Origin: Vicinamibacterales bacterium
GTDB taxonomy: Bacteria; Acidobacteriota; Vicinamibacteria; Vicinamibacterales; UBA8438
Direction of reading: 5' to 3'
Assembly (NCBI GenBank): GCA_965207675.1
Contig: CBDBMY010000006.1
Coordinates: 134,983 to 198,982 of the forward strand
Length of the DNA stretch: 64,000 nt
In this document: piece after piece, positions 27,666 through 36,850 of the stretch
How positions within the stretch are numbered: the first letter of the stretch is position 1
How the letters are laid out: each line of letters starts with the position of its first letter
Translations under genes and position numbers: made by a program
The notes under the pieces: generated by a model
Database searches by the model: none
What the model was told of the DNA's origin: nothing
What the model saw: the letters and a program-made list of their open reading frames with translations, nothing else

Positions 27666-28379
27666 GTGCGGTTCGCGACCACGCGCTGGAGCATGGTGCT
27701 CGCGGCCGGTGCCGGCCCGTCCGAGCGCGCCGACCGGGCCCTCGCGGAGCTGTGCGCGGACTACTGGCATCCGCTCTACGCCTACGCGCGGCGGCGCGGC
27801 TACGACCGCGACGACGCGTGCGACCTCACCCAGGCCTTCTTCGCACGACTCATCGAGCACCGGAGACTCGCGGCCGCCGACCCCGTACGCGGGCGGTTCC
27901 GCAGCTTCCTGCTCACCTCGATGAAGAACTTCCTCGCCAGCGAGTGGCGGCGAGGGTCGGCGGCGAAGCGCGGTGGCGCCGCGGACATCGTGTCGATCGA
28001 CGCCACCGATGCCGAGGACCGCTACCGCGTAGAGCCGGCCGACAACCGTACGCCCGAGGCGGAGTACGAGCGGCGCTGGGCGCTCGCCTTGATCGGGCGA
28101 GCGGTCGAAGACGTGCGGCGCGTCTACGCCGACCGGGGACAAATCGAGCTCTTCGACGCCCTCAAGGCACACCTGGCCGCCGACATGGGAGACGTGCCTT
28201 ACGACGAGCTGTCCCGGTGCCTCGACCGGAGCGAGGCGGCCCTGCGGACGGCGCTGTCGCGGCTGCGCGCCCGCTGGCGGACCCGGCTGCGCGAGGTCGT
28301 CGCGGAGACCGTGCACGAGCAGCGCCTGGTCGACGACGAGCTCGCCCATCTCGTCCGGGCCCTCGCGCCACCCCCGTAG
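27666..28379 (+). CDS. ECF-type RNA polymerase sigma factor (type associated with Ser/Thr kinases)
   Basis: The N-terminal TTRWSMV motif is present. Region 2 is YWHPLYAYARRRGYDRDDACDLTQAFF. The region 4 HTH is YDELSRCLDRSEAALRTALSRLRARW. Confidence 0.8.
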   Translation: MRFATTRWSMVLAAGAGPSERADRALAELCADYWHPLYAYARRRGYDRDDACDLTQAFFARLIEHRRLAAADPVRGRFRSFLLTSMKNFLASEWRRGSAAKRGGAADIVSIDATDAEDRYRVEPADNRTPEAEYERRWALALIGRAVEDVRRVYADRGQIELFDALKAHLAADMGDVPYDELSRCLDRSEAALRTALSRLRARWRTRLREVVAETVHEQRLVDDELAHLVRALAPPP

Positions 28380-28512
28380 CCGGCGAGGTGCACATGCTCG
28401 CGGTCAACGTCCGGCGTCATCGCCTCGAGCCGCGCGGCCCTCGCGCCGCCCCGTAGCCGGCGCGGTGCGCCGGCGGCTGTAACGACCCGCGGGTAATCGC
28501 GTAGCAACCGTC

Positions 28513-30093
28513 ATGACCGATACCCGAACCTGTCTGGAGTGCCACGCCGAGATCCCGCCCGACGCGCCGCCGGGGGTCTGCCCCCACTGCGCGTTGCGCG
28601 CCGGACTCCGCCCGGAGACGTCCGCCGAGCCCGCCCGCGAACCGGGCGCCTCGCCGAGCCCCGAGGGGCTGCGCCGCCGGCTCCCCGACCTCGACGACTT
28701 CGAGCTCATCGGCCCCGGCGGCATGGGCACCGTCTACCGGGCGAGGCACCGGCCCCTCGACCGCCCCGTCGCGGTCAAGGTGCTCCACGCCCACCTGCAG
28801 GACGACGCGTCGTTCGCCGAGCGGTTCACCCGCGAGGCGCGGACGATGGCGCGCCTCGACCATCCCCACATCGTGCGGGTGTACGACTTCGGACACCGCG
28901 AGGGCCTCTACTACTTGGTGATGGAGCTCGTGGACGGCGTGAGCCTGCGGCAGGCCCTCGTCGACGGGGGGTTCACCCCGGCCGAGGCACTCGCCGTCGT
29001 GCCGCGGATCTGCGAAGCGCTGCAGTACGCGCACGACCAGGGGGTGGTGCACCGCGACATCAAGCCCGAGAACATCCTGCTCGACCGGTCGGGCTCGCCG
29101 AAGATCGTCGACTTCGGCCTCGCCCTGCTGACGAGGCCGGCCGCCGGGACCCGTCTCACCCGGCAGGCCCGCGTGCTCGGCACCCCGCACTACATGGCGC
29201 CCGAGCAGATCGAGCGGCCGTCCGAGGTGGACCACCGCGCCGACATCTACGCCCTCGGCGTCGTCTTCTACGAGATGCTCACCGGCGAGCTGCCCATCGG
29301 CCGCTTCCCCCCGCCGTCGCAGAAGGTCGAGGTCGACGTGCGGCTCGACGAGGTCGTGCTGCGCACCCTCGAGAAGGAGCCGCGCCGGCGGTACCAACAG
29401 GCCCGCGAGCTGAGCCGCGACGTCGAGCAGTCGGCGCGCGGAGCAGAAGTGAATGGAGGGAAGGCGAACCGAGCGGAGCCGCACGGAGGGGAGGCGAACA
29501 CAGCGGAAACGCGGCAACGTCGCGACCTCACCCCGGACCACGGCTGGACACCCGCACGCGGCGGCCGGCGCCGCTCCCGCCGCCGCCGGCGGCCCGACTT
29601 CGAGTACCGCTCGACGCGCACCCTCTGGGGCCTGCCCCTGATCCACATCGCCCACAACCGCGAACGCCACGACCTGTACGACACCCCGGCCGCGGTGGCG
29701 CGGGGCATCGTCGCGATCGGCGACGTGGCGATCGGACTCGTCGCGATCGGCGGGTTCGCCGTCGGCGGCGTCGCCATCGGCGGCATGACGGTCGGCGTCC
29801 TCAGCCTCGGCCTGATGGCGGCCGGACTCCTGATTGCCGTCGGCTGCATGGCCGGCGGGTCGTACGCCGCGGGGCTCATGGCCTGGGGCGTGGCGGCGAC
29901 CGGCTTGCGCCCGAGGGCCATGCTGGACCTTTCGGCGGAAGCGATGCAGTGGGTGTCGTTCTCGGCCCTGGCGCTGCTCACGGCGGTGGTCGCGCTGATC
30001 GTGGCGGGGCTGATAGTCTGGTGGCAGGACGCTGGCGACGGCGAGTCTCCGCGGGAACCAGACGACGCCGGGAGCGAGGAACGAGAACGATGA
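28513..30093 (+). CDS. Ser/Thr protein kinase with an N-terminal zinc-ribbon-like CxxC..CxxC and a C-terminal glycine-zipper TM region
   Basis: CLECH...CPHCA; kinase motifs VAVKVL, HRDIKPENILL, DFGLA and APEQ; a C-terminal GxxxG-rich hydrophobic repeat region. Confidence 0.85.
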   Translation: MTDTRTCLECHAEIPPDAPPGVCPHCALRAGLRPETSAEPAREPGASPSPEGLRRRLPDLDDFELIGPGGMGTVYRARHRPLDRPVAVKVLHAHLQDDASFAERFTREARTMARLDHPHIVRVYDFGHREGLYYLVMELVDGVSLRQALVDGGFTPAEALAVVPRICEALQYAHDQGVVHRDIKPENILLDRSGSPKIVDFGLALLTRPAAGTRLTRQARVLGTPHYMAPEQIERPSEVDHRADIYALGVVFYEMLTGELPIGRFPPPSQKVEVDVRLDEVVLRTLEKEPRRRYQQARELSRDVEQSARGAEVNGGKANRAEPHGGEANTAETRQRRDLTPDHGWTPARGGRRRSRRRRRPDFEYRSTRTLWGLPLIHIAHNRERHDLYDTPAAVARGIVAIGDVAIGLVAIGGFAVGGVAIGGMTVGVLSLGLMAAGLLIAVGCMAGGSYAAGLMAWGVAATGLRPRAMLDLSAEAMQWVSFSALALLTAVVALIVAGLIVWWQDAGDGESPREPDDAGSEERER

Positions 30094-30272
30094 AGAAACG
30101 ACCGGACGAGGCCACGCATCTGGAGGCTCGGGCCAACTCCCTGGAAGCGTTCGTCGACTTCAGTAGACCCGCACCGGCGACGTTTCCGAACCTCGCGCCG
30201 TCGGTCTCCGGCGTGCCGCCGCGCACGCCGAGCAGACCCGCATCCGACGTCAACCCCGACCGCTCCGACTGA
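30090..30272 (+). CDS. Possible 60-aa ORF translationally coupled to the kinase gene
   Basis: Its ATG overlaps the kinase TGA (ATGA at 30090-30093). No recognisable motif. It could be non-coding. Confidence 0.25.
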   Translation: MKKRPDEATHLEARANSLEAFVDFSRPAPATFPNLAPSVSGVPPRTPSRPASDVNPDRSD

Positions 30273-30276
30273 CGAC

Positions 30277-30675
30277 ATGACGCCCGTACGACTCTACGAA
30301 GCCGCGTTCCCCTTCGCCGACGACGTCCTGGCGCTGCCGGTCGAGGACATCGACCGAGCCGCGGCATGGTACGGCCCCAGGTTCGGCCTCGTCGAGGTCG
30401 AGCGCCGGGACGACCCGGTGCCGACGGTGCTACTGGAGCGCGACGGCGTGCGCATCGGCTTCGCCGTCAACGGCGGCGACCCCGCCAACGAGGGAGCCGC
30501 CATCAGGGTGACGGACATCCAGCGGGCCCGCGACGAGCTGGAGGCCAACGGCGTCAAGACCGCCAACTGGCGCGTCGATGAGCGCGACGGCGAGCGGTAC
30601 CAGGTCTTCTTCGTCGTCGCGCCGGACGGCCTCTGCTACTACTTTCATCAACCGATTGGTCGTGCCGACGAGTAG
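30277..30675 (+). CDS. VOC family (glyoxalase/bleomycin-resistance fold) protein
   Basis: A 132-aa ORF. The pattern of paired beta-alpha-beta-beta-beta modules (WYGPRFGL...; FFVVAPDGLCYYFHQ) fits the VOC fold. Confidence 0.65.
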   Translation: MTPVRLYEAAFPFADDVLALPVEDIDRAAAWYGPRFGLVEVERRDDPVPTVLLERDGVRIGFAVNGGDPANEGAAIRVTDIQRARDELEANGVKTANWRVDERDGERYQVFFVVAPDGLCYYFHQPIGRADE

Positions 30676-30798
30676 GCCCGAACCGGCCTTCGCGCCCGCC
30701 GAGTGCACTGCAGAATGGACACGGCACCTGTGGACCGTTGGCCTTGTCAACGTCCTCGGCCACCGGAGCCGGCGACGAGCCCCGGCCATAGGCGCCGC

Positions 30799-31563
30799 AT
30801 GCTGCCGCCACGCATCCTGCTGATCTTCGCGCATCCGGACGACGAGAGCTTCATCGCCGCCGGTCTGGTGCGCGGCCATGCCGACCGCGGCGCACGAACC
30901 GCGCTCGTGACCGCGACCCGTGGCGACGCCGGACGCGTCGGGGATCCGCCGCTGTGCGACCGGGCAGCGCTGCCGGCCGTCCGCGAGGCCGAGCTCCGCC
31001 GGGCCGCCGCCGTCCTCGGCATCTCCGACGTGCAACTGCTCGACTACCGCGACAAGCACCTCGCGGAGGCGCCGGCGGACGACGTGCGTGAAGCCCTGGT
31101 CCGCCGCATCCGAAGACACCGGCCGCACGTGGTGATCAGCTTCGATCCCAACGGGATGAACGGCCATCCCGACCACGTCGCCATCGCCCGCTTCACGATC
31201 GACGCGGTCGCGGCCGCGGGAGATCCGCGGTGGATGGCCGCGGCGGGACGGCCGTACCGCGTGCCGCGCCTTCTCTGGACCGCGCCGGTTCTGCCGTGGG
31301 AGGTGACACGGCCCCGGCACCTGGACCGCGAACCGGGCGTCGACTTCGTGATCGACGTGGCGGCTCACCGCGCGGCGAAGGCGGCCGCGCTGCGGGCGCA
31401 TCGCACGCAGCACGTCCCGATCGACCGCTGCTTCTTCAGCAAGCCGGACGTCGACCGAATCCTGAGCGTCGAGGTGTTCAGGCAGGCGTGGGGTCCACCG
31501 CTGCATCGTACTCCCGAGAACGACGTGCTGGCGGGCATCGACCTGGCGGAGCCGGTCCGGTAG
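30799..31563 (+). CDS. PIG-L/LmbE family deacetylase
   Basis: The start is ATG 30799. ILLIFAHPDDESF, TRGDAG and HPDHVA are the family zinc-binding motifs. Confidence 0.8.
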   Translation: MLPPRILLIFAHPDDESFIAAGLVRGHADRGARTALVTATRGDAGRVGDPPLCDRAALPAVREAELRRAAAVLGISDVQLLDYRDKHLAEAPADDVREALVRRIRRHRPHVVISFDPNGMNGHPDHVAIARFTIDAVAAAGDPRWMAAAGRPYRVPRLLWTAPVLPWEVTRPRHLDREPGVDFVIDVAAHRAAKAAALRAHRTQHVPIDRCFFSKPDVDRILSVEVFRQAWGPPLHRTPENDVLAGIDLAEPVR

Positions 31564-31816
31564 AAACAGACCTTCCTTCGCCTTCGCGCCGGAAGGATTC
31601 TGTACGACCTTCCATCGATCGATCGGTCCTCGCTTGGAGTGCAGCCCGCCCGCCTGGCCATCGTTGAGAAGCGAGCCCGAGGGCCCGCGGGCGGCCACCT
31701 GGTTCCCGTCGAAATCGTGCAGAATTGAGTATGAAGACGCAAGACAAGAGACTTCACGCCCTGCGCCGACGGTTCGCGCGGGGCACCTGACGACCACACG
31801 GAGATCGCTTCATTCC

Positions 31817-33376
31817 ATGCAGACGACGAGAACCAGCGAGGACAGCCCCCTCCGCCTCGCCGCGGTGACCCCGGGGGACGGCCAGGGCCGGATCGGCATC
31901 ACCCTGTGTCCCGGCAAGACCGATCCGGCCGCGATGTCGGGACCGGTGGATCGCGACCTGCCCACCGACCTCGACGCGATTCGAGACTGGGGAGTGACCG
32001 CGATGGTCAGCCTGATCACCGACGAGGAGATCGACTACCTCGGGGTGAGTGATCTCGAGAAGGAGGTGCGGGACCGGCACATGGAGTGGTGGCACGCGCC
32101 GATACCGGACGAACAGCCGCCGGACCCCGCCTTCGAACGGGAGTGGGCGGTGGCGGGCGAGGCCATCCGGGACCGGCTGCGCCTGGGGTTCGACGTGCTC
32201 GTCCATTGCAAGGGAGGTCTGGGCCGGGCTGGAACGATCGCCGCTCGATTGCTGGTGGAGCTGGGCGCAGACCCGGGCGACGCGATCCGCCGCGTCCGCG
32301 GCGCTCGCTCCCCCGATGCCATCGAGACCACATGCCAGGAGGAACACGTGAGGCGGTGCAGGCCGCAGTCGCCCGCGGTTCCGCCCCGGACCGCGGACAG
32401 CGTCCGTGACCGGGCGCTGGGGGCCTTCCTTGGTCTGGCCGTGGGCGACGCGGTGGGCACCACGCTCGAGTTCTGCACTCGCGATGCGAAGCCGCGGTTG
32501 GATGACATGGTGGGCGGCGGGCCGTTCAATCTCCCGCCCGGCGGCTGGACCGACGACACCTCCATGGCGCTGGCCCTCGCCGACAGCCTGGCCGCCCGCG
32601 GGGCGCTCGACTGCCACGACCTGATGGACCGCTTCGTCCGATGGTGGCGGCACGGCGACTACTCGCACACGGGGCATTGCTTCGACATCGGCATCACCAC
32701 CCGGCAGGCGCTGGAGAAGTACCAGGAAACCGGCGATCCCTGCGCCGGGTCCACCGATCCCGACACCGCGGGCAACGGCTCGCTGATGCGGCTCGCCCCC
32801 GTCGCCCTCCGGTTCTGGAACGACCGGCCGCGGTTGATCGCGACCGCCGCCTGCCAGTCCCGCACGACCCACGGGGCCGAGGAGGCGGTGGACGCCTGCC
32901 GAGCGTTCGCGGAGCTGCTCGCCGACGCCATCGCGGGGTCGTCTCGCGCCGGGCTCCTTGCCCCCAGATCGTTCAACGGAACCGAGGCCGTCGGCGGCCG
33001 TCCAGGATGCGCGCATCCGGAAGACACGGGCAGGGCATGGACCAAGGCCATCGCCGCCATCATGAACGGCCGCTGGCGGGGACGCCCAAGAAACGAGATT
33101 AGTTCCAGCGGGTACGTCGTCGACACCCTCGAAGCCGCCCTCTGGTCGGTCGCCCGCACCGGGGACTTCCGCAACGCGGTCCTGCTTGCGGCCAACCTGG
33201 CCGACGACGCCGACACGGTGGCGGCAATGACCGGACAACTCGCCGGCGCCCTCTACGGCTTGAGCAGCATCCCCGACGACTGGCTCGAACGCGTCGCCTG
33301 GAAGGATCGACTCCTCGTGGCGGGACGCCGGTTGCTCCCGTCATCCCCCGCCGAGCGGGAGGCAACCGGCGAGTAG
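31817..33376 (+). CDS. Fusion protein: CDKN3/dual-specificity-type Cys phosphatase domain + ADP-ribosylglycohydrolase (ARH/DraG-like) domain
   Basis: The start is ATG 31817. The phosphatase P-loop is VHCKGGLGRAG (CX5R). ARH motifs are GLAVGDAVGTTLEF, WTDDTSMALA, GNGSLMR and DDADTVAAMTGQLAGALYG. Confidence 0.75.
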   Translation: MQTTRTSEDSPLRLAAVTPGDGQGRIGITLCPGKTDPAAMSGPVDRDLPTDLDAIRDWGVTAMVSLITDEEIDYLGVSDLEKEVRDRHMEWWHAPIPDEQPPDPAFEREWAVAGEAIRDRLRLGFDVLVHCKGGLGRAGTIAARLLVELGADPGDAIRRVRGARSPDAIETTCQEEHVRRCRPQSPAVPPRTADSVRDRALGAFLGLAVGDAVGTTLEFCTRDAKPRLDDMVGGGPFNLPPGGWTDDTSMALALADSLAARGALDCHDLMDRFVRWWRHGDYSHTGHCFDIGITTRQALEKYQETGDPCAGSTDPDTAGNGSLMRLAPVALRFWNDRPRLIATAACQSRTTHGAEEAVDACRAFAELLADAIAGSSRAGLLAPRSFNGTEAVGGRPGCAHPEDTGRAWTKAIAAIMNGRWRGRPRNEISSSGYVVDTLEAALWSVARTGDFRNAVLLAANLADDADTVAAMTGQLAGALYGLSSIPDDWLERVAWKDRLLVAGRRLLPSSPAEREATGE

Positions 33377-33391
33377 CGGACGCGCGCAGCG

Positions 33392-34461
33392 CTACTCCGG
33401 CGCCGGCAGGTAGGCGAGCCGGTCGCCGCGGTACGACCCCAGCCACAGCTCGTCGCCGATGCGGATCGCGGTTGTGGACGCGATGAACCCGGCCATCGCC
33501 GGCTGCACCAGGATCCGCTCGGCCTCGAGGGTCTCCGGATCGATGGCGGCGACGTTGCTCGTCTCCAGGGTCGGCTCGCGGGGGTCGGTGATGGAGTTGC
33601 CGTCCCTGTCGGTGTGGCCGGCCGCGTAGATGACGGAGCCGTCGAGGGACTTGCGGAGGTTGTCGGGCCGGAACCCGAGGTCGATGACGTCCTTCCGCAC
33701 CGGCTCGACGCCGCGCGACAGGCGCGTCAGCTTCTCCTCGGCCCAGCCGGCGATGTAGAGGGTCTCGCCGTCCTCGGACACCTCGATGCCGTTGGGCGCG
33801 GTGTCCTCGCTCTCGGGCAGCACCTCCCACCCGCTGCCGGCCTGCCACTCCCATACCCCGATGCCGGCGTTGGTGGTGGCGAAGCCGCCGCCGGGCAGGG
33901 CGACGACCGAGTTGAGGCGGGCGCCCTCGGGGCCACCGCGCAGCCCGTCCAGGCCAGGGTCGGCGGCCCGTCCCCGGCGCCGAGCTCGAAGAACTCGATC
34001 GACTCGCGGGGTCCGTGATGGACGACGAGCAGGGTGTGGGCGTCGTCCGCGCCCGGCGCGAGGTAGAGCCCGTGGTAAACGGACGCGGGGTCCGCGAGGT
34101 CGAGCGGACCGGGGCAGTCGGGATACGCCTCGGCGTCGAGCCGCATCTCGCTGTCGGGCGTCGGGAACAGCACCGTCGAGGCCTTGTCGCCCACGTTCAC
34201 GAGGTTGATGCGGCCGCCCTCGCGGGCGCCGGAGACGATGGCCCACTCCGCGCCGGGGACGACCACGATGTCCTCGGGGCTGACCATGTCGCAGATGAAC
34301 TGCACGTCGCCGACCGGGTCGCAGGGGTGCTCGCCGGTGACCGCGAACTGCGGCGGCGCCGGCGCGGCGTCGGCTTCAGGCTCCGGCGCGGGCTCCGGGG
34401 CGCCGCAGCCCACCGCGACCATCGTGACCAACCCGAGTGCTGCCAGCTTCGCCGCGCTCAT
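33392..34461 (-). pseudogene. SMP-30/gluconolactonase/arylesterase-like beta-propeller lipoprotein, interrupted by a 1-nt frameshift
   Basis: The lipobox is LVTMVAVGC. The N-terminal part reads in frame 34461 up to ...GCAVAP. The remainder (EGARLNSVVALPGGGF...) continues in frame 34246. The switch falls at the GGGG run at 33929-33932. Confidence 0.6.
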
Positions 34462-34578
34462 GAAGTCCCTCCTCCCAGGTCCGGTTGGCGACAGGATACC
34501 ACCGGAGCGCTATGATGCTCGTGCTCCCGGGCCAACCGCGCCGAGACGGCCCGTTGTGCGGCAAGGGGGAGGGGAACC

Positions 34579-35010
34579 ATGGACATCAGGCGCATCTGCG
34601 GCGTGATTCTCGTCGTGATGGCGGTCGTGGTCGTCGTGCACACGGTCGTCGAGCCCCTCTACTACACCTCCACCGAGGAGAGTCCCTACAGTCCTGCCTG
34701 GGGCATCATCGGCTGGCTGATGTTCGTGCCCCTGGCCCTGGGCGTTTGCTTCGGCTACGCCCGCAAGAAGACGGTCGAGGCCGGCGGGGGCGACGGCCCG
34801 GTCACGCGGGAGCTCCTCGCCGCCAACGTGCACTTCTACGGCGGCCTGTTCCTCGGCATCGTGTTCCTCCTGAACTGGTTCGCCCAGATCACTCCCACGT
34901 TCACCGCGATAGGAGGCGATACCGCCTCCCTCGTGTGGATCGTCCTCGACGCCGGGCTGCCGCTGCTGTGGGGCTCGATGGGGGTGTTCCTGCTGCGCGG
35001 CGGCGAGTAG
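34579..35010 (+). CDS. Small integral membrane protein (about 4 TM segments), function unknown
   Basis: A 143-aa ORF with four clear hydrophobic stretches. Confidence 0.5.
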   Translation: MDIRRICGVILVVMAVVVVVHTVVEPLYYTSTEESPYSPAWGIIGWLMFVPLALGVCFGYARKKTVEAGGGDGPVTRELLAANVHFYGGLFLGIVFLLNWFAQITPTFTAIGGDTASLVWIVLDAGLPLLWGSMGVFLLRGGE

Positions 35011-35034
35011 CGCCGCGGATGACATAATCTGGCG

Positions 35035-36315
35035 ATGCGCCATCTCCCGCTCACGCGACGCCAGCTCCTGCAGAGCGCGGCCGCCGGAATCGCCGTGACT
35101 GCAGCGAGACCGAACACCGGGACGGCCGGAACCGCAGCCGCGCAGGCCGCGCCGCAGCCGTACCCGGCCGGCGTGCTGCCGGCCGGCGTCCGCTCTCGCT
35201 TCGTCGCCAACGTCAACGGCATCCGCATGCACGTGCTCGAGGCGGGGTCGAAGGCCGGCGCACGGGCCGGCGTCCTCCTGCTGCACGGCTTCCCGGAGCT
35301 CGCCTACAGTTGGCGGCGGCTGATGCCGGCCCTCGCGGCGGCGGGCTACCACGTCATGGCGCCCGACCTGCGCGGCTACGGCCGCACCGACGGCACGGGC
35401 ATCGGCTACGACGACGAGCTGCGCCCGTTCCGGATGCTGAACGAGGTGCGGGACATGCTCTCGCTGGTGGCGGCGTTCGGCTACCGGCAGGTCCATCTCG
35501 CCGGCCACGACTTCGGGTCGCTGGTGGCGTCGTGGTGCGCGGTCGCCCGGCCCGACGTCTTCCCCTCCGTCGTGCTCATGAGCGCCCCGTTCGGGGGCAC
35601 CGCGACGCTGCCTTTCGACACGGCCGACGCCCCGGCGACTCCGGCGGGCGCGGCGGCGGCCGACATCGACGCCGGTCTCGCGAGCCTGGAGCCGCCGCGC
35701 TGGCACTACCGGCGCTTCTACGCCACGCGCGGGGCCAACGACGACCTGTGGCGGGCGCCCCAGGGGGTGCACGACTTCCTGCGCGCCTACTACCACATGA
35801 AGAGCGGCGACTGGAGCGGCAACCGCCCCGAGCCGCTCCGCGAGTGGTCGGCGGCCGAGCTGGCCCGGCTCCCTCGCTACTACGTCCTGGACCTCGGGCG
35901 GGGCATGGCGGAGACGGTGGCCGAGCACATGCCGTCGCCGGCCGAGATCGCCGCCTGCGAGTGGCTGCCCGACGACGAGCTGCGGGTCTACAGCGCCGAG
36001 TACGAGCGGACCGGGTTCCAGGGCGGGCTGCAGTGGTACCGCAGCGTGGCGTCGGTGTCGTCCATCTTCGGCGGCGGCATCAACGCCGACCTGGCCGTCT
36101 TCGCCGGCCGCGCCATCGACCAGCCGTCGATGTTCATCGCCGGCGCGCGCGACTGGGGCATCCACCAGCGTCCCGGCGCCCTCGAGCGCATGGACGGACA
36201 GGCCTGCACCGACCTGCGGGGCCTGCACCTGCTCGACGGGGCCGGGCACTGGGTGCAGCAGGAAAGCGCGGCCGAGGTGAACCGGCTCGTGCTCGACTTC
36301 CTGCGCTCGCTGTAG
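35035..36315 (+). CDS. Alpha/beta hydrolase, epoxide-hydrolase/haloalkane-dehalogenase-like, with a Tat-type signal
   Basis: The Tat signal is RRQLLQSAAAGIAV. LLLHGFPELAYSWRRLMPALAAAGYHVMAPDLRGYGRTD and the nucleophile elbow LAGHDFGS are present. Confidence 0.8.
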   Translation: MRHLPLTRRQLLQSAAAGIAVTAARPNTGTAGTAAAQAAPQPYPAGVLPAGVRSRFVANVNGIRMHVLEAGSKAGARAGVLLLHGFPELAYSWRRLMPALAAAGYHVMAPDLRGYGRTDGTGIGYDDELRPFRMLNEVRDMLSLVAAFGYRQVHLAGHDFGSLVASWCAVARPDVFPSVVLMSAPFGGTATLPFDTADAPATPAGAAAADIDAGLASLEPPRWHYRRFYATRGANDDLWRAPQGVHDFLRAYYHMKSGDWSGNRPEPLREWSAAELARLPRYYVLDLGRGMAETVAEHMPSPAEIAACEWLPDDELRVYSAEYERTGFQGGLQWYRSVASVSSIFGGGINADLAVFAGRAIDQPSMFIAGARDWGIHQRPGALERMDGQACTDLRGLHLLDGAGHWVQQESAAEVNRLVLDFLRSL

Positions 36316-36469
36316 AGACGCACCGCCCGCCGCGGCGGACTGCGGTCATCGACACCCACGCGCGGCAAGGGGACTACCCGCGGCGCGGGCGTCGCCGCGG
36401 TTCACGCCCGCGACAGCACCCGAGACGGCCTTGTCGTCGACGCCGGTACGACCGTGCTACTGTGAGCCA

Positions 36470-36754
36470 GTGACGAGGAAACCCCCGGTTCCGCTCACCG
36501 GCGAGCAACGCGCGTTCGACAGGGCCCTGGTGGAGAACGGGGGCCATACCACTGTCGGCGCCGTGCTGGAGGAGATCGTCGACTTGCTGGGGGGACTGCT
36601 GGAGAGGGAGGCGTCGAAAAGCACGGCGCCACGCGAGCCTCCCGGCCGTGGGCCGGAGGCCGAGCTCGTTCCCGCGCAGGGGAAGGACCGCCGCGTGTCC
36701 CGCGCAACCGCCGCGAACCGCCGCTCGCCTGCACGTCCGCCCCGAGCGCGCTGA
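36470..36754 (+). CDS. Diverged orphan ParD-like antitoxin paralog (possibly non-functional)
   Basis: GTG 36470. Both the DNA and the protein are colinear with parD at 40170..40445 (PLTGEQRAFDRALVENG vs SLTDEQYAFARTLVDTG; VSRATAANRRS vs LSRAIAGKRRS). No toxin gene follows. Confidence 0.45.
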   Translation: MTRKPPVPLTGEQRAFDRALVENGGHTTVGAVLEEIVDLLGGLLEREASKSTAPREPPGRGPEAELVPAQGKDRRVSRATAANRRSPARPPRAR

Positions 36755-36850
36755 GGCCCAACGGGTTCCCCGGTATTTTGCTCGGGCGACATCCGCCCTT
36801 CACCGCGGCGTCATACGGTTCTCCGTAAGATCGTTGCGGAGGTGTCGGAG

